Shown here: piece after piece, positions 61,268 through 64,000 of the stretch
Layout of the letters: every line of letters begins with the position of its first letter
Position numbering within the stretch: position 1 is the first letter of the stretch
Assembly (NCBI GenBank): GCA_964426545.1
Contig: CAYRQP010000002.1
Location: forward strand, 44,979-108,978
Direction: 5' to 3'
Length of the DNA stretch: 64,000 bases
Source: an uncultured bacterium
Lineage (GTDB): Bacteria; Fermentibacterota; Fermentibacteria; Fermentibacterales; JCC-6
Notes under the pieces: generated by a model
What the model was told of the DNA's origin: nothing
Databases searched by the model: none
The model's input: the letters and a program-made list of their open reading frames with translations, nothing else
Translations under genes and position numbers: made by a program

Positions 61268-62881
61268 GTGAAAATACTGATTAGTGCGCTGCTTCTTATT
61301 CTTGCATTTTCGGCTTCCGGTGAGATAATCTATGTGAATATTCTTCATACTAACGATATTCACGGCGGGATTGTCTCTAAAGCTGCATCATTCATGAACC
61401 CCAATTTCCCGCCGATGATGGGGGGGGGGGCATACATTGCCGCCTATGTCGAAGATGTTCGTGAAGAATGCGCGGAAACAGGAGAATACTGCTTTTTGAT
61501 AGATGCCGGTGATATCTATCAGGGAACGCCGGTTGGTAACTATGAAACAGGGAAATTCATTGTCGAATGGATGAATGCTATAGGATACGACTTCATGACC
61601 TTCGGCAACCATGATTTTGATGACGGAACTGATAATGCTCTGGCACTGGCAGAACAGGCTGATTTTCCGGTACTCTGCGCTAATCTTGTCGAAGCATGGA
61701 CAGGTGAAGTTCCCGATCCCGTCCTGCCTTATGTGATCTATGGTGTTGGTGGTGTGGATATCGCCTTTATTGGCATGACCACAACCGATACTTACGGGCT
61801 TGTGACTCCCGAACTGCTGGGTGAGTACAGTTTCCTGCATGAAGTGGAGACAATCGAGAGGTACATTACCGAAGTTGAAGAAGAAGGTGCAGATATTATC
61901 ATTATGGTGTCTCATCTCGGACAGCCGGGTGACCCCGATAAATATCTCGAAAGAGTCTATACCGCATGGTCGGCAGGTGAAGAATACACGAAGAGTTTCT
62001 GCATGAATACAGCCGAGCTTACCTGTATAGTATCCGGAATAGACCTGATTGTATCCGGACATACTCACTATGGGCTCATGGAGCCGTGGGTCAGTCCGGT
62101 CAATCACACGCTTGTCGTTCAGGGATATGCCAACGGGACAGGTATTGGCAGAATCCGTCTTGCAATCGATACGGAAAGCGGAATGCTTGTGGATTTCGAC
62201 TGCCCCGAAGGAGACGAATATGTAAGCCTGCTTCATGACGAATATTGGCCCAATGATGAGATAGCAGAGATGATAGAAGAATTCAGGGAAATAGCTGAAG
62301 CCGGGATGGATGAAGTCATAGGTGAAGCCACATCCCAGATTCCGCGCGGTGGAGCCGAACACCCAATGGGACGGATGATATCAGATGCAATGCTCTTCGC
62401 AACCGGTGGTGATGTTGCCCTTATGAACAGGGGAGGTATCCGTGCTACAATTCCCAGGGGGGATATTACATCAAGAGTGATATATGAAACCATTCCCTTC
62501 GAAGAGAATCTATATCTCTTCGAACTTACCGGAGCCGAGTTGAAAGCTGTGCTCGAAACCGGCATGCAGGGACGGCGCCGTGACATGGAGATCGGCGGGA
62601 TGACTGCAACGAGAAATCAGGCATTGGATGACGGGGATAAAATAACTAATTTCCTTATTGGCGGAGTTCCGATGCATCCCGACAGCATCTACACCTTCGT
62701 TACTACCGGTTATCTTGCACAGGGAAATGTGGGTTATGATATCATGCTGGAACATCAGTCCGTGCCCGCTGAAATAACTCTTCTCGATGCTGTTATTGCA
62801 TATGTTGCTGATATCGGAATAATTGAGCCTGATAACGGCATGAGAATAATCTGGATTGATGAACCGGAAGAAGATGAATAA
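61268..62881 (+). CDS. secreted bifunctional metallophosphatase / 5'-nucleotidase (UshA-like)
   Basis: Signal peptide; calcineurin-like motifs (…NDIHG…, …DAGD…, …GNHDFD…) plus 5'-nucleotidase C-terminal domain. Confidence 0.8.
   Translation: MKILISALLLILAFSASGEIIYVNILHTNDIHGGIVSKAASFMNPNFPPMMGGGAYIAAYVEDVREECAETGEYCFLIDAGDIYQGTPVGNYETGKFIVEWMNAIGYDFMTFGNHDFDDGTDNALALAEQADFPVLCANLVEAWTGEVPDPVLPYVIYGVGGVDIAFIGMTTTDTYGLVTPELLGEYSFLHEVETIERYITEVEEEGADIIIMVSHLGQPGDPDKYLERVYTAWSAGEEYTKSFCMNTAELTCIVSGIDLIVSGHTHYGLMEPWVSPVNHTLVVQGYANGTGIGRIRLAIDTESGMLVDFDCPEGDEYVSLLHDEYWPNDEIAEMIEEFREIAEAGMDEVIGEATSQIPRGGAEHPMGRMISDAMLFATGGDVALMNRGGIRATIPRGDITSRVIYETIPFEENLYLFELTGAELKAVLETGMQGRRRDMEIGGMTATRNQALDDGDKITNFLIGGVPMHPDSIYTFVTTGYLAQGNVGYDIMLEHQSVPAEITLLDAVIAYVADIGIIEPDNGMRIIWIDEPEEDE
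61420..61430 (+). repeat. homopolymeric G11 tract inside the 5'-nucleotidase coding sequence
   Basis: gatgatGGGGGGGGGGGcat encoding M-M-G-G-G; codons ~50-54. Confidence 0.9.
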
Positions 62882-64000
62882 AGACACTTCATCGGTTGTT
62901 ATTCTCGGTGCAGGACTTGCGGGGCTGACTGCGGCGGAATATCTTGCTGCCCGAGGTAAAAGAGTGCTGGTTATCGAAAAAGATGCTCAGCCGGGTGGTC
63001 TGGCAGTTACGCTCAAAGATGAATCTTTTCATTATGACTGCGGCCCCCACAGATTTCACACAAAAAATCCGGAGTTGCTGCAATTTGTGGAAGAACTTCT
63101 TCCCGATGAATTGCTCGAACTTGAGAGACTCAGCCGGATAAGGCTCCTCGACCGGTATTTTCAATACCCGCTTGCTCTCGGTGATGTCCTTAAACGGATG
63201 CCCATTCATAAAGGTATCGGAATGATATTCAGCTATCTTGGTGAAAAAGTAAGAAGGATCATTGCCCCGAGGGATGATGCCAACTTCGAAGGATGGGTTG
63301 TCAGCCGCTTCGGCAGAAAACTCTATGACCTTTACTTTGGACCATATACCGAGAAACTGTGGGGCTGTCCTGCAAACGAACTTTCAGCGGACTGGGCGAG
63401 TCAACGGATAACTGTACCCGGACTTGCCGGGCTCATTAAAGCCACACTATTTCCAAATAAAGAGCAGGTTCGAAGCCTTATCAGCACATTCTTCTATCCC
63501 AAAGGCGGTATTGGAAGAATTTGTGAAGTCCTGGCAGAGCGGGTCACCGCAAATAACGGAGAAATCTTATACAACATGAAACCTGAGTCCATACGGTGGA
63601 GTGAGTCCGGGGGATTTATTATCGATACCGGTAGCCGTACAATCGAAGCAGACAAGATTGTCAATACAATTCCCGTGGGTGATTATGTGAATCTACTGGG
63701 GGACATACTGCCGAGGAATGTACAAGAGTCAGTCGCAAAACTGCATTTCAGGGCGATAGTGTTTGTTGTTCTCCGCATATCCCGGCGGGTTGATGCGCGT
63801 GACCACTGGATATATGCACCCGAAAAGAGGTATATATTCAACCGTCTGTCCATACCCGAGAACTTCGATCCGGAATGTTCAGATACCGGTTCACAGGTGG
63901 TCTTCGAGTTCTCCTGTGCCGAAGGAGACGACATTTGGAATGAGAAGACAGACCTGCTCGAATCGGCAATCACCGGCGGTGAAAGACTTGAACTCTTCAC
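62874..64000 (+). CDS. NAD(P)/FAD-dependent oxidoreductase (UDP-galactopyranose-mutase/amine-oxidase-like), 3' end outside window
   Basis: Hand-translated MNKDTSSVVILGAGLAGLTAAEYLAARGKRVLVIEKDAQPGGLAVT…CGPHRFHTKNPELL…YFGPYTEKLWG…; no stop before window end; ATG overlaps upstream stop. Confidence 0.65.
   Translation, partial: MNKDTSSVVILGAGLAGLTAAEYLAARGKRVLVIEKDAQPGGLAVTLKDESFHYDCGPHRFHTKNPELLQFVEELLPDELLELERLSRIRLLDRYFQYPLALGDVLKRMPIHKGIGMIFSYLGEKVRRIIAPRDDANFEGWVVSRFGRKLYDLYFGPYTEKLWGCPANELSADWASQRITVPGLAGLIKATLFPNKEQVRSLISTFFYPKGGIGRICEVLAERVTANNGEILYNMKPESIRWSESGGFIIDTGSRTIEADKIVNTIPVGDYVNLLGDILPRNVQESVAKLHFRAIVFVVLRISRRVDARDHWIYAPEKRYIFNRLSIPENFDPECSDTGSQVVFEFSCAEGDDIWNEKTDLLESAITGGERLELF

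Noticed and set aside
63683-64000. 105-aa minus-strand ORF at window end
   Set aside because: It overlaps the well-supported plus-strand FAD-dependent oxidoreductase gene.
1-64000. Search for CRISPR arrays, rRNA genes, transposases or integrases
   Set aside because: No regularly spaced direct repeats, no rRNA-like sequence and no recombinase-like ORFs were seen. The only mobile-looking features are the short palindromic or direct-repeat elements reported above.

Overview
The window is a single bacterial chromosomal segment from a Gram-negative (diderm) organism. A few secreted proteins carry FlgD-Ig-like or T9SS-CTD-like C-termini, which hints weakly at the FCB superphylum.

The first ~27 kb is one almost uninterrupted core-translation super-cluster, all on the + strand: the rplL 3' end, rpoB, rpoC, rpsL, rpsG, fusA, then the S10, spc and alpha ribosomal operons (rpsJ through rplQ, including secY, adk, map, infA, rpmJ and rpoA). 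pfkA is fused on at the end. No tuf and no rpsD lie inside the cluster.

The remainder is mixed housekeeping and cell-envelope content:
- a small DUF4160/DUF2442 two-gene island with its own promoter, plus a Cys-rich mini-protein
- a HAD phosphatase, DagK-like lipid kinase, amidase, secG and two tRNA-Leu genes
- pilT followed by a complete Tol-Pal cluster (tolQ, tolR, TonB-C/TolA-like, tolB, pal, ybgF)
- tig, clpP, clpX, engB and purA
- a TatD hydrolase fused in-frame to a radical-SAM domain, then rsmA
- an outer-membrane barrel plus lipoprotein pair, a methyltransferase, and a multiply disrupted asnB pseudogene
- an envelope-glycosylation locus (GT39/ArnT-like, rmlD, gmhA, LPG-synthase-like)
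- a cell-surface cluster: FmdB zinc ribbon, orphan solute-binding protein, a secreted CTD-like protein followed by a small barrel, an 813-aa HhH/ComEA-like outer-membrane protein, a further barrel, and a secreted 5'-nucleotidase carrying a G11 tract

No CRISPR array, rRNA genes or transposases were seen.

The findings I rate highest are:
- a DUF4160 gene interrupted by an in-frame UGA at a putative Trp position, inside a direct-repeat-bounded island
- the TatD-rSAM fusion
- two paralogous modules of a secreted CTD-like protein followed by a small outer-membrane barrel
- a putative surface module for extracellular-DNA or nucleotide capture, with a phase-variable-looking poly-G tract
- several unusual palindromic elements, including a perfect 50-bp palindrome at 54011 and a 150-bp nested palindrome after clpX
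- a bL24 with a C-terminal Cys4 zinc ribbon
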